A DNA stretch of 64,000 bases, taken from a bacterium. GTDB lineage: Bacteria > Zhuqueibacterota > Zhuqueibacteria > Oceanimicrobiales > Oceanimicrobiaceae. Location: contig JBHHXN010000008.1 in assembly GCA_046757025.1 (NCBI GenBank), positions 1 to 64,000 on the forward strand. The letters run 5' to 3'. Under the pieces are notes generated by a model. The model searched no databases, had not been told where the DNA came from, and saw nothing but the letters and a program-made list of their open reading frames with translations. A program made the position numbers and the translations under genes. Below, piece by piece: positions 19,500 to 29,266 of the stretch; position 1 is the first letter of the stretch, and each line of letters opens with the position of its first letter.

Positions 19500-20840
19500 A
19501 TGAATACCTTAAACGAACACCCTGCGGTACTACGCTATTTTCAAAATAATAAAGAGCGTGAATCAAAACATCCGAAAATATTGGATCCCATCTGGCTAAA
19601 AAAATTATGCCTGGATGCAGGGGCCGATGACGTGGGATTTGTGAAAATCGACGCATCTGAAATTGCCGATCAGAAACAAGATATCCTTCATTTTTTTCCG
19701 GGGACTCGTTCGCTGATCAGTTTTGTGTGTCGCTTAAATCGCGAACCTATTCGAAATCCGGCCCGCTCTGTGGCCAATGTGGAATTCCATCAAGTGGGCG
19801 AGGAAGTGAACGCAGTGGCACACAAAGTAGTGGCAAAGCTGGAGGAAAAAGGCCTGCGCGCCGTCAGTCCGGCCATGGGCTTTCCCATGGAAATGGATCA
19901 TTTTCCCGGTAAGCTGTGGCTGGTTTCGCACAAGCCGGTGGCCGTGGCGGCCGGGCTGGGCAGCATGGGTATTCATCGAAACGTCATCCATCCAAAGTTT
20001 GGCAATTTCATTTTGCTGGGAACGATTTTATTGGATGCAGAAATTTCGAATTACGATGCTGCCATTGACTACAACCCATGTCTGGAGTGCAAACTTTGTG
20101 TGGCCGCTTGCCCCACCGGCGCCATCTCTCCTGACGGCCACTTCGATTTTTCTGCGTGCTACACGCACAATTATCGGGAGTTCATGGGCGGTTTTACAGA
20201 CTGGGTTGAAAATATCGCGGAGAGCAAAAATGCGGTTGAATATCGCCACAGAGTGACGGACTCGGAATCTGCGTCCATGTGGCAAAGTTTGTCTTATGGC
20301 GCCAATTATAAAGCCGCCTACTGCATGTCTGTTTGCCCTGCCGGCGACGAAGTAATTGCCCCCTATCTTTCTGATAAAAGCGCTTTTCTGAGTGACGTGG
20401 TCAAGCCGCTGCAGCATAAAGAGGAGATGGTGTACGTGGTAGCCGGCTCCGATGCAGTAAACTATGTGGCCACACGATTTCCATCCAAAACCATTCGTCA
20501 GGTGGGTAACGGTTTGCGCCCGCGCACCATTGAGGGATTTTTGGCTGGATTGCCTTTGCTCTTTCAACGCCAGGCGGCAAAAAATTTAATGGCCACTTAC
20601 CACTTCACTTTTACCGGTGAGGAAGCGTTGACCGCTACTGTGAAAATACAAAATAAAACTTTGCAGGTTCTGCCCGGACACGTGGAATCGGCCGATTTGC
20701 ATGTGACTGTGGACAGCCGCACCTGGCTGGCTTTTTTGGCTAAAGAACGGAATTTATTTTGGGCCTGGCTGAGACGGAAAATTAAATTTAAGGGCTCCCC
20801 GCAGCTATTGTTGGCCTTTGGCCGCTGCTTTCCTTCTTGA
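19500..20840 (+). CDS. 4Fe-4S protein of QueG/reductive-dehalogenase-like fold fused to C-terminal SCP2 domain
   Basis: GADDVGF, SHKPVAVAAGLG.MG.HRNVIHPKFG, CLECKLCVAACP, YCMSVCP; C-terminal ATYHFTFTG...ADLHVTVDS..W...IKFKG SCP2-like; AGGAGG RBS. Confidence 0.8.
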   Translation: MNTLNEHPAVLRYFQNNKERESKHPKILDPIWLKKLCLDAGADDVGFVKIDASEIADQKQDILHFFPGTRSLISFVCRLNREPIRNPARSVANVEFHQVGEEVNAVAHKVVAKLEEKGLRAVSPAMGFPMEMDHFPGKLWLVSHKPVAVAAGLGSMGIHRNVIHPKFGNFILLGTILLDAEISNYDAAIDYNPCLECKLCVAACPTGAISPDGHFDFSACYTHNYREFMGGFTDWVENIAESKNAVEYRHRVTDSESASMWQSLSYGANYKAAYCMSVCPAGDEVIAPYLSDKSAFLSDVVKPLQHKEEMVYVVAGSDAVNYVATRFPSKTIRQVGNGLRPRTIEGFLAGLPLLFQRQAAKNLMATYHFTFTGEEALTATVKIQNKTLQVLPGHVESADLHVTVDSRTWLAFLAKERNLFWAWLRRKIKFKGSPQLLLAFGRCFPS

Positions 20841-20926
20841 AAAATTTTTTATGCTGGAAGGGTATAAAAGGTTCAATTAGTATTACGGGCATGGTTAGGG
20901 TTTGAGATTTAGCTGGCATGCTTTGG

Positions 20927-21329
20927 TTAACCACGCAGGGTCATGCAGATGCTGGTGGCTATTGCAAAGAGTTCCTGCTGCTCATCGAAAATTTCACATT
21001 CGACCCCACCGATGGTTTGGCCGTGTTTGAGCTCGTGGCCCACGACCCGGAGTTGGGATTCCCAGATGGGCCTCATAAAATTTATTTTCAGCTCCAGCGT
21101 GCTGAACGATTCGCTGTCATTGAGCAGGCTGGCATACGCCATTCCCATGGCCGCATCCGTGAAGCTTGCCCATAGGATTGGCATGTCGATTGGTCGCTTA
21201 AAACTCCACAGTAGCCTTGCCCGTCTCGATGGATTTGAGTGTAAATCCAATGGGCTGAGCCACCGCAAGCTGGGGCGCTTTACCCCGAATCATTTTTTCC
21301 GCGAACGCTTTCAAGCCTTTTGGGGACAT
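20927..21329 (-). pseudogene. Disrupted PaaI/hotdog thioesterase
   Basis: Frame from ATG 21329: MSPKGLKAFAEKMIRG...GKATVEF*ATNRHANPMGKLHG (in-frame TAA); a different frame continues TDAAMGMAYAS...TLELKINF.RP...ATSICMTLRG. Confidence 0.75.
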
Positions 21330-21470
21330 TTTACATAAATACGGCTTGGTCGATTTCAATTTCTAAACGTTGAAAAAATGGTTAAAATAATTGGAACGTT
21401 ACTGAATTTTGGAGAATCGGGATCAGGCTGATGTGAACATATTGAAGGAATCAGAAGAGATTAAAAAAAA

Positions 21471-21832
21471 TGGTGGAGACGGTGGGAATCGAACCCACGT
21501 CCGCAGGCCAGTCCCTAAGAATTTCTACATGCTTAGTTTGTTGAAAGATCTCATCCCCATTGGCTCAACAAACAAACCCCATGCGGACCAGCCCGGAAAA
21601 ATTCATTACCAACCCCCGGGCAGGATCGATAATATAACCACCTTAAACGACGTTCTGTTTAAACTGTGTGGTGCAGTTTAAACGAACGGGCTGCACTAAT
21701 TAATTAGGCAGCCATTGCATACGCATAATTGTCTGCGTTTAATTGTTTTTTTCAGTTTTTTAACGCGGTTCTGAAAAAACCTCGGCATGCTATTCTTAGC
21801 TCCTCGACCCCCGTCGAAGCCATGTCGTCCCC
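21471..21832 (-). ncRNA. ssrA: tmRNA (tag peptide (A)ADNYAYAMAA)
   Basis: 5' GGGGACGACATGGCTTCGAC; 3' GGACGTGGGTTCGATTCCCACCGTCTCCACCA; acceptor stem with G3-U wobble; tag ORF 21736-21704. Confidence 0.95.
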
Positions 21833-22564
21833 GGAATACATCTAACTTTAACTTTGATTTTGTGGATTTGTTCCAGAGGATTTTTTTTGTTTCAATTATC
21901 ACCTTCATTTTGCACATATAAAAGTCATACCCCGATTTTCCTAATTGTTTATGGAATATCAGTTTAATCTATTTGGTCTGAACAGCCATGGAATTATCTT
22001 CTAAATTTTCAAGAACTTTAGGATTCTATAGTGCAAAATCGGGGTACCCACTTTGATGTCCATAGTTGAAAAAAATGAAATATTCAAAAGCGAATAACTT
22101 TAGGCGGTGAATTTTTCAAATGCATTTGCAATAATATATGTTTTAACTTAATTACCTTTTGTTACAAATTGCATGTAGATTTTCAAAAAAAAATGTATTA
22201 AATTAGTAATGCAATTCTTTCAATTTAATCAGGTGCGGAGGCAGCAATTTGGAATATAAATGTGTTTCCCAGAGTTATTTGAAAACAGTTTAAATTCCAA
22301 TTTTATAATTTGCAAAGTGACCAAAGTCATGGTTCCATATATTAATTTTACAATCTTGGGTTGCTTGATTCACCCTTCATTTCAAAGGCAAGCATGCCCA
22401 CCTGTTTGAAACAAAATGTAACTGCTCAGAAAAAGACGTCAGGATTTGCTGATTCATTCAAAAAACATCATTTGTACTAAAACAATCATTTTTTCACTGG
22501 CACGTGAACCTCGGTATTATCAAATCTTAATAAAAAAGAGAAAATAAAAACAGAAGGAAAAAGG

Positions 22565-24772
22565 ATGATTCAATTAAAGAGGAATTTTATTTTATTTTTA
22601 GTTTTTATTGCGGTTTTCACATTTTATTTGACTGCGGTTTCTGCTTCAGAATGGCCCAGTTGGAGGGGCCCGTTTCACAACGGTGTCTCACCTGAAAAAA
22701 ACTTGATTGCGAATTGGTCTTTGGATGGTGAAAACCTGATTTGGAAAGAGCCGTTCAAAGGCCGTTCTACCCCCATCGTGATGAACGGACGGGTTTATGT
22801 CATCGGGCGCACCGGCAAGGGCATAACGGCTCAGCGCGTGGTGGCTTGCTATGATGCCGAAAAGGGCGGAGTGCTCTGGGAGAACCGCAACAATGTTTTT
22901 CATACCACGGTGCCATTTCCTCGTGTCGGTTGGGCCAGTTTGGCTGGTGATCCCGAAACCGGCAACGTTTATGTGCTGGGGGTGGACGGTTTGTTTACCT
23001 GTTATGATCAGGATGGCAAGGTTGTGTGGGAGCACTCCCTGGTGGAAGAGTATTTTCGTTTTTCCGGCTACGGCGGACGCACCAACACGCCCTTTGTGGA
23101 CGAAGAGCTGGTCATCATCAGTCATAACAACAATAGCTGGGGTGAGCAGATGCCCATGCGGCCGCGATTTTTAGGGTATGATAAAAAGACCGGCGAGCTG
23201 GTCTGGGTGACTTCTCTCAAATCACCGCCGAAGAATACCAATTATTCCAATCCCGTGCTGGCGTTGATAAACGGGCAGCGGGCCATGGTAACCGGCGCGC
23301 CGGACGGCGCCATCTACGCCATAAAAGTGCGCACCGGTGAAATTATCTGGAAATTCAGTTTGAGCAAAGGCGCCATCCAAACTTCGGTGGTTGTGGAAGG
23401 AAACCGTGTTTACGCTGCGCATGGCGCTGAAAATTTTGAATCCGTCAGCCGCGGCAGGGTGGTTTGCTTCGATGCCAACGGCCGCGGCGATATCACCAGG
23501 AGCAACGAAATCTGGAGAGTAGACGATCTCATGGTGGGCTACGCCTCGCCGGTTTTGCATGCTGGCCGTTTATACGTAGTGACCGACGCTGGCAATCTGG
23601 TTTGCCTGGATGCAGCCAACGGTGACAAAAAATGGACGTTTAACCTGGGCACCGTGGGTAAGGGTTCGCCGGTGTGGGCAGACAACAAAATATTTGCCAC
23701 CGAAGTCAACGGGCATTTTCACATCATCAAACCGGGAGAAACCTCAGCCAAATCGCTGGATAAAAAGCAGATCGTTTTTGATGAGAAACGGTACGCTGAA
23801 ATTTACGGTTCACCGGCCATCGCCTATGGCAGAATTTATTTTACCACCGAAGAAGGACTCTACTGTCTGGGGAATAAAAACGCAAAGTTTAGCATAGGTA
23901 AGGGACCAGAGATAATAATCGATGAAGAAAAGGCGGACGAAAAGGCTCTACCGTCGGTTATTAAAATCGTACCGGCGGAAATCTGGATCAAAGCCGGCGA
24001 GACAATCCCTTTTAAAGTCCGGGCCTACGATAACCGCGGTCGTTCGCTGGAACCCGTCAAAGCGACTTTTTCACTGCAAAAATTGCCGGGGCGCGTCAAT
24101 GACGACGGGGTGTACGCCACAGACCGCCAGATGAAAAGCACTGCCGGTTATGTGGTGGCCAGAGTGAATAGTTTGGAGTCCAAAGCCCGGGTGCAGGTGA
24201 TGGCGGATTTACCCTTTTCGGAAGATTTTGAATCGTTCGAAGTTGACAAGAATCCACCGTTGTGGCCGGGCGCTGCCAAATTCGTAGTTAAAAAAATTGA
24301 AGGTAACCAAGTCCTGGTGAAACCGCCGGCAGCCAGAAATTTAAAGCGTCATAATTTGTTTCTCGGACCGCCTGATATGAAAAATTATACCATCCAGGCC
24401 GATTTGCTAGGCACGAAAGAAAAGCGGCGTCGACCGGATATGGGCTTGATTGCCAATCGTTACTATCTCGATCTCATGGGCCGGCATCAGCGGCTGCAGG
24501 TTCGTTCCTGGCCGGCTGAGCTGCGCATGATGAAACAGATCGATTTTACATGGCAGCCGTTTGTCTGGTACACTATGAAAATGCGGGTGGACGTAATCGA
24601 CGGCAAGGCCGTCATAAGAGGCAAGGTCTGGCCCAGAGATGAAAAGGAGCCGCACGCCTGGAGCATTATTGTTGAAGACCCAAAACCGAATACGCATGGC
24701 AGTCCCGGTCTTTACGGCGACTCGGTCACAGACATATATTTTGATAATGTTAAAATTACCAGGAGCAAATAA
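22565..24772 (+). CDS. Secreted PQQ-like beta-propeller protein with C-terminal Ig-like and lectin/DUF1080-like domains
   Basis: Signal peptide ASA-SEWPSWRGP; repeated ..D..TG...W propeller motifs; C-terminal FSEDFE...NYTIQAD...WY.MK..V.....IRGKVW...GSPGLYG...YFDNVKIT. Confidence 0.8.
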   Translation: MIQLKRNFILFLVFIAVFTFYLTAVSASEWPSWRGPFHNGVSPEKNLIANWSLDGENLIWKEPFKGRSTPIVMNGRVYVIGRTGKGITAQRVVACYDAEKGGVLWENRNNVFHTTVPFPRVGWASLAGDPETGNVYVLGVDGLFTCYDQDGKVVWEHSLVEEYFRFSGYGGRTNTPFVDEELVIISHNNNSWGEQMPMRPRFLGYDKKTGELVWVTSLKSPPKNTNYSNPVLALINGQRAMVTGAPDGAIYAIKVRTGEIIWKFSLSKGAIQTSVVVEGNRVYAAHGAENFESVSRGRVVCFDANGRGDITRSNEIWRVDDLMVGYASPVLHAGRLYVVTDAGNLVCLDAANGDKKWTFNLGTVGKGSPVWADNKIFATEVNGHFHIIKPGETSAKSLDKKQIVFDEKRYAEIYGSPAIAYGRIYFTTEEGLYCLGNKNAKFSIGKGPEIIIDEEKADEKALPSVIKIVPAEIWIKAGETIPFKVRAYDNRGRSLEPVKATFSLQKLPGRVNDDGVYATDRQMKSTAGYVVARVNSLESKARVQVMADLPFSEDFESFEVDKNPPLWPGAAKFVVKKIEGNQVLVKPPAARNLKRHNLFLGPPDMKNYTIQADLLGTKEKRRRPDMGLIANRYYLDLMGRHQRLQVRSWPAELRMMKQIDFTWQPFVWYTMKMRVDVIDGKAVIRGKVWPRDEKEPHAWSIIVEDPKPNTHGSPGLYGDSVTDIYFDNVKITRSK

Positions 24773-26235
24773 TGGATCTGCAAGAATATTTAAAAAAGAA
24801 AAGTCTATCGCTGGTACACGTGGTTATTGTCGTGGCGGTGCTTTCCACCATCGGTTTTTACGCCGCGGTAGAAACCGCCATGTGGGGCGGCAGTCCTGAC
24901 CGCAACATGGTTTCCGATGAAACCGGTTTACCAGCTAATTGGGATGCCGAATCGGGTTTGAATTTAAAATGGACCGCCACCTTGGGCTCCCAAACCTATG
25001 GCAATCCCGTCATCCTGGGGGGCAAAGTATTTGTGGGCACCAACAACCAGGGCCTGCGCAATCCCAAACTCGGCGGCGACCGCGGAGTCGTCATGGCTTT
25101 TCGCGAGGCAGACGGGGCTTTTCTCTGGCAAGCAGCGCATGCGAAATTACCCACCGGGCGAGTCAATGACTGGCCGCAGCAGGGCATTTGTTCCGGCCCC
25201 TTCGTTGAAGGAGAACGCATTTTTTATGTATCCAACCGTGCAGAAGTAATTTGCGCCGATACCGAAGGTTTCCGCGATGGTGAAAACGACGGTCCATTCA
25301 AGGATGAAACCGAAACTTCGGACATCGATGCCGATTTTGTCTGGAAGTACGACATGATCGATGAGCTGGATGTGTTTCCGCACAATCTGGCCACCTGCTC
25401 ACCTTTGGTGGTGGGGAACCTGGTTTTTGTGGTGACCTCCAACGGCGTGGATGAAACGCACATCAACATTCCCTCTCCGGATGCCCCCAGCTTCATTGCT
25501 TTAAATAAAAACACGGGTGAGCTAATCTGGGAGGACGCTTCACCGGGAGAAAATATATTACACGGTCAGTGGTCTAACCCGGCCTACGGCGTCGTCAAAG
25601 GCCAGCCCCAGGTGATTTTCCCCGGCGGAGATGGCTGGCTGTATGCCATGGAGCCGGAAACCGGCAAACATATTTGGAAATTTGATTGCAACCCGAAAGA
25701 CGCCGTTTGGGAGCTTGGCGGCGCCGGCACACGCAACAATCTCATTGCCACTCCAGTAATTTATGACAATAAAGTTTACATTTCGGTGGGACAGGATCCG
25801 GAGCACGGAGAAAGCATTGGCCACCTCTGGGCCATCGACGCCACTAAGAAAGGCGACGTGACGGAGTCCGCGCTGGTGTGGCACCGCGGATACGAGGACT
25901 ACAATCGCTCCATGTCCACGGTGGCGATTCACGATGGTTTGCTTTATGCCGCGGATTTGAGCGGCTTCGTGTACTGCCTGGATGCTAAAACAGGTAAGCA
26001 TTACTGGACTTACGATGCCTTTGCCGCTATCTGGGGGTCGCCGTATTATGCCGATGGTAAAATTTATATCGGCGATGAAGACGGCGACGTGGCCATTTTA
26101 AAAGCGGGCAAAGAAGAGAAACTCCTGGCCGAAGTCAACATGGGCAACGCGGTGTACACCACACCGGTGGCGAAAAACGGCGTTTTGTTTATTACCAATC
26201 GTTCCAAACTTTTTGCCCTCTCCATCCCCAAATAG
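24772..26235 (+). CDS. PQQ-like beta-propeller repeat protein (acidic, N-terminal anchor)
   Basis: TAATG overlap with upstream gene; MWGGSPDRNMVS; LGSQTYGNPV; repeated LDAKTGK..W motifs. Confidence 0.8.
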   Translation: MDLQEYLKKKSLSLVHVVIVVAVLSTIGFYAAVETAMWGGSPDRNMVSDETGLPANWDAESGLNLKWTATLGSQTYGNPVILGGKVFVGTNNQGLRNPKLGGDRGVVMAFREADGAFLWQAAHAKLPTGRVNDWPQQGICSGPFVEGERIFYVSNRAEVICADTEGFRDGENDGPFKDETETSDIDADFVWKYDMIDELDVFPHNLATCSPLVVGNLVFVVTSNGVDETHINIPSPDAPSFIALNKNTGELIWEDASPGENILHGQWSNPAYGVVKGQPQVIFPGGDGWLYAMEPETGKHIWKFDCNPKDAVWELGGAGTRNNLIATPVIYDNKVYISVGQDPEHGESIGHLWAIDATKKGDVTESALVWHRGYEDYNRSMSTVAIHDGLLYAADLSGFVYCLDAKTGKHYWTYDAFAAIWGSPYYADGKIYIGDEDGDVAILKAGKEEKLLAEVNMGNAVYTTPVAKNGVLFITNRSKLFALSIPK

Positions 26236-26254
26236 CATCATTCGATAGGAGAGT

Positions 26255-26692
26255 GTGTTGATTCCGGAAGAACACTACCGAAAATTAGAGCGACTGTATG
26301 CCTCGGCTCCGATAAATGAATTCTACAAACCGCGGATTCGAATCAGTTGTGCGCAGGCGGAGATATCTGTAAAAATTAAACCGGATTTTTTTCATGCGGC
26401 GCAGGCGGTACACGGATCGGTCTATTTCAAGTCGCTGGACGATTCAGCCTTTTTCGCCGTCAACTCGCTGGTTTTCGATGTGCTCGTGCTGACCGCCTCG
26501 TTCAACATTTATTTGACACACCCGATTTCTGATGGTGAAATGACCGCGGTCGGTAAAGTCGTTCACCAGTCGCGACGGTTGTTCATTGCGGAGTCGGTGC
26601 TTTTTGATTCGAACCGCAAAGAAATCGCCCGCGGCAGCGGGTCATTTATGCGCAGCGCCATTCCGCTTTCTGAGGAGATGGGGTACAAATAA
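26255..26692 (+). CDS. PaaI family hotdog thioesterase
   Basis: HAAQAVHGSVYFKSLDDSAFFAVNS...TASFNIYL..P...IARGSGSF; GGAG RBS. Confidence 0.85.
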   Translation: MLIPEEHYRKLERLYASAPINEFYKPRIRISCAQAEISVKIKPDFFHAAQAVHGSVYFKSLDDSAFFAVNSLVFDVLVLTASFNIYLTHPISDGEMTAVGKVVHQSRRLFIAESVLFDSNRKEIARGSGSFMRSAIPLSEEMGYK

Positions 26693-26739
26693 GCGAATCA
26701 GTTTCGACGAGTTTCAAGCAAAATTAGATTGAAATTTTC

Positions 26740-27813
26740 ATGAATTTGACTTCAAAAATAAAAGCAGCCCGACAGCAGCTGGACGCCCATGTGCGCGAAA
26801 TGGTGCAGTGGCATTTCGACCCGGCTACCGGCTGCCCGTTTTGGCTGGACTTTGCTGCCAGGCTTGATTACGATCCCCGGAAAGAAATCACTGGTTATGA
26901 TGATTTAAAAATTCTCGGGCATTTTGAAGACCGTTGGCTGCGGGGTGGGCCGGTTCGAAAGTGGCTGCCGAAAGCTTTTGCCAAGGAGCCGGTTTACGTG
27001 TTTGAAACCGGCGGCTCCACAGGTGTGCCCAAAACGCGCATCAACATACGGGATTTTCAAACAGATTATGAATTATTCAGCGAGCAGCTTTCGGAAGAGG
27101 GATTTCCCCCGGGTGCAGACTGGCTCATGCTCGGCCCCACCGGACCCCGCAGACTGCGGCTAGCCATCGAGCATCTGGCGCAGCATCGCGGCGGAATCTG
27201 TTTTTTTGTGGATCTGGACCCGCGTTGGGTGAATAAGCTGATCAAACACGCTGAACTCGCGGAGCTGGAACGCTACAAAAACCACGTCATCGATCAGGCG
27301 TTGAATATTTTGAGGGCGCATGACAACATTCGGTGTTTGTTTTCCACCCCCAAGTTACTCGAAGCGCTGTGTGACAAAATCGCTTTACCGAAAATCGGCA
27401 TCAAAGGCATCTTCTGTGGCGGCACCGAAATGAACGCGCAGTTTCACCGATTTGCCCGGGAGGAGCTGGTGCCGGGAATCGAATTTGTGCCCACTTACGG
27501 CAACACCCTGATGGGGCTGGCGGTCAACAAACCGTTTGACCCGGCAGACAATTATGCCATCATCTACTATCCGCCCTTCCCGCGTGCGGTGTTCGAGTTA
27601 GTCAACCCGGACAACCCTGAACAACCGATCGACTATGGCGAAACCGGCCAGGTGATGCTCACCACTTTGACGCGGGAATTTTTCATGCCGCGTTTTTTGG
27701 AGCGGGATGAAGGGGAACGGGCCGAGCCCATCGAGCGATTTCCCTGGGATGGTGTGCGCAACCTGCGATTGCTGTCTTCCCTGCAAGAGTCTGTCGTGGT
27801 GGGGGTTTATTGA
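26740..27813 (+). CDS. EhpF-like ANL-superfamily adenylating enzyme (short, PaaK/LuxE-related)
   Basis: WHFDPATGCPFWL, FETGGSTGVPK P-loop, GPTGP, DLDPRWV, GGTE, YGNT, GETGQV...ERD, C-terminal VVGVY; same motif order as I recall for phenazine-tailoring EhpF. Confidence 0.75.
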   Translation: MNLTSKIKAARQQLDAHVREMVQWHFDPATGCPFWLDFAARLDYDPRKEITGYDDLKILGHFEDRWLRGGPVRKWLPKAFAKEPVYVFETGGSTGVPKTRINIRDFQTDYELFSEQLSEEGFPPGADWLMLGPTGPRRLRLAIEHLAQHRGGICFFVDLDPRWVNKLIKHAELAELERYKNHVIDQALNILRAHDNIRCLFSTPKLLEALCDKIALPKIGIKGIFCGGTEMNAQFHRFAREELVPGIEFVPTYGNTLMGLAVNKPFDPADNYAIIYYPPFPRAVFELVNPDNPEQPIDYGETGQVMLTTLTREFFMPRFLERDEGERAEPIERFPWDGVRNLRLLSSLQESVVVGVY

Positions 27814-29237
27814 TGCAGCATTTCCCCATTTTAAGAGCCGGAAGCGCCTACCGGAGTTTAAACACGCTGACCGTCAAGGATTTCCGAACTGGCGAGGCCA
27901 TTGCCCAATTGAGCCTGGCGAACACGGGCTTGATACGCAACGATTTTTCCGAGGCCGCAAATAACAAGTTAGCTCTCGAGGCCTTGCCCATTGCAGAATT
28001 GCTGAAGATGTGCAAAAACGCCGCCCATCTCTTCCTGCATGAAGAATTACCGGTGGACGAGGCCAGCCAGTCTCCCGACGAGTACGTTCGTTTGCTTTCT
28101 CTGAGCACGGGCATGCCGGAAGGGTTGTGTCGTTTGAATATGGCGAAAATCTACGCCGTGCTAAATGAAATGGAAGCCGTTTTGGGCGGTTTAACCCGTG
28201 GTCTGGATCTGTCGATTTTAGACACCGGCTGGGGCGAGCAAAACACGCGCACTTTGAGTTATCTCTGTCAAACGCGAGCGCTGGGTGCGATTCTGCCCAA
28301 CAATTCTCCGGGCGTGCATTCGCTCTGGCTGCCCAGCATCCCCTTGAAAGTACCGCTTATGATCAAACCCGGCAGCCAGGAACCGTGGACGCCTTTTCGC
28401 ATCATCCAGGCATTTTTGGCAGCAGGGTGTCCGCCACAAGCCTTTGGCTATTATCCGACGGATTACGCCGGCGCCAATGAAATCCTGTTGCGCAGCGAAC
28501 GTTCAATGCTGTTCGGCGGCGTGGCCATGGTAAAAGCCTGGGAAAACGATCCGCGGGTGCAAATTCACGGGCCGGGCTGGAGCAAAATTATTGTTGGCAC
28601 GGATAAGATTGACCGCTGGCAACAATATGAAGATACTATCGTAGATTCTATCTTAATCAACAGCGGCCGCTCGTGTTTAAACGCTTCCAGCGTCTGGACG
28701 CCGGAAAACGGTTATCAAATCGCCGAAAGTCTGGCTCAGCGCTTGTCGCAAGTGCCGGCCAGGGCGCTGGACGATCCGCAGGCACAATTAGCTGCCTTTG
28801 CCAATCCGCTGGCGGCGCGGCGAATTTCCGAGATGATCGACCGCGGTTTGGCGCAGGGTGGCGCTGAAGACTTGACTGCCAGATATCGTGACCACGGCCG
28901 TTTGATAGAAAAGGACGGTTGCACGTTTCTTTTACCCACTCTTGTCTGGTGTGAAAGTGCAGAACATCCCTTAGCCAATACCGAGCTGTTGTTTCCGTTT
29001 GCAAGCGTGGTCGAATATTCAGAGGATACCTTATTTGAGCAAATCGGGCAAACCCTGGTGGCGACGGCTTTGACAGCGGATAGAAAATTTATTCAAAAGC
29101 TGCTGAATTCGCGGAACATCGATCGCTTGAACATCGGCGCGATTCCTACCTGCACGATCAGTTGGGACCAGCCGCACGAGGGCAATTTGTTCGAGCATCT
29201 GTACAAGCAGCGGGCTTTGCAAATGGCAACAGGATAA
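27813..29237 (+). CDS. Aldehyde dehydrogenase-fold protein, acylating/acyl-reductase (EhpG/LuxC-like) type
   Basis: TGATG overlap; LPNNSPG, KPGSQEP, FGG, HGPGWSK in place of ELGG, NSGRSC catalytic Cys, ELLFPF. Confidence 0.75.
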   Translation: MQHFPILRAGSAYRSLNTLTVKDFRTGEAIAQLSLANTGLIRNDFSEAANNKLALEALPIAELLKMCKNAAHLFLHEELPVDEASQSPDEYVRLLSLSTGMPEGLCRLNMAKIYAVLNEMEAVLGGLTRGLDLSILDTGWGEQNTRTLSYLCQTRALGAILPNNSPGVHSLWLPSIPLKVPLMIKPGSQEPWTPFRIIQAFLAAGCPPQAFGYYPTDYAGANEILLRSERSMLFGGVAMVKAWENDPRVQIHGPGWSKIIVGTDKIDRWQQYEDTIVDSILINSGRSCLNASSVWTPENGYQIAESLAQRLSQVPARALDDPQAQLAAFANPLAARRISEMIDRGLAQGGAEDLTARYRDHGRLIEKDGCTFLLPTLVWCESAEHPLANTELLFPFASVVEYSEDTLFEQIGQTLVATALTADRKFIQKLLNSRNIDRLNIGAIPTCTISWDQPHEGNLFEHLYKQRALQMATG

Positions 29238-29266
29238 AATTCAGAAAAATAAAAGAGCTTTTTGTG

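Noticed and set aside
20850..21500. Integrative element at the tmRNA 3' end
   Set aside because: No integrase and no duplicated tmRNA 3' end seen in the window
21409..21917. ORFs 21409..21681 and 21696..21917
   Set aside because: They overlap tmRNA and are spurious
21840..22560. RiPP precursor or carrier protein upstream of the cluster
   Set aside because: AT-rich intergenic DNA with only very short ORFs and no convincing RBS or peptide features
26740..29237. Phenazine biosynthesis or lux bioluminescence operon
   Set aside because: No phzA/B/D/E/F/G and no luxAB/luxD; only tailoring-type homologs are present
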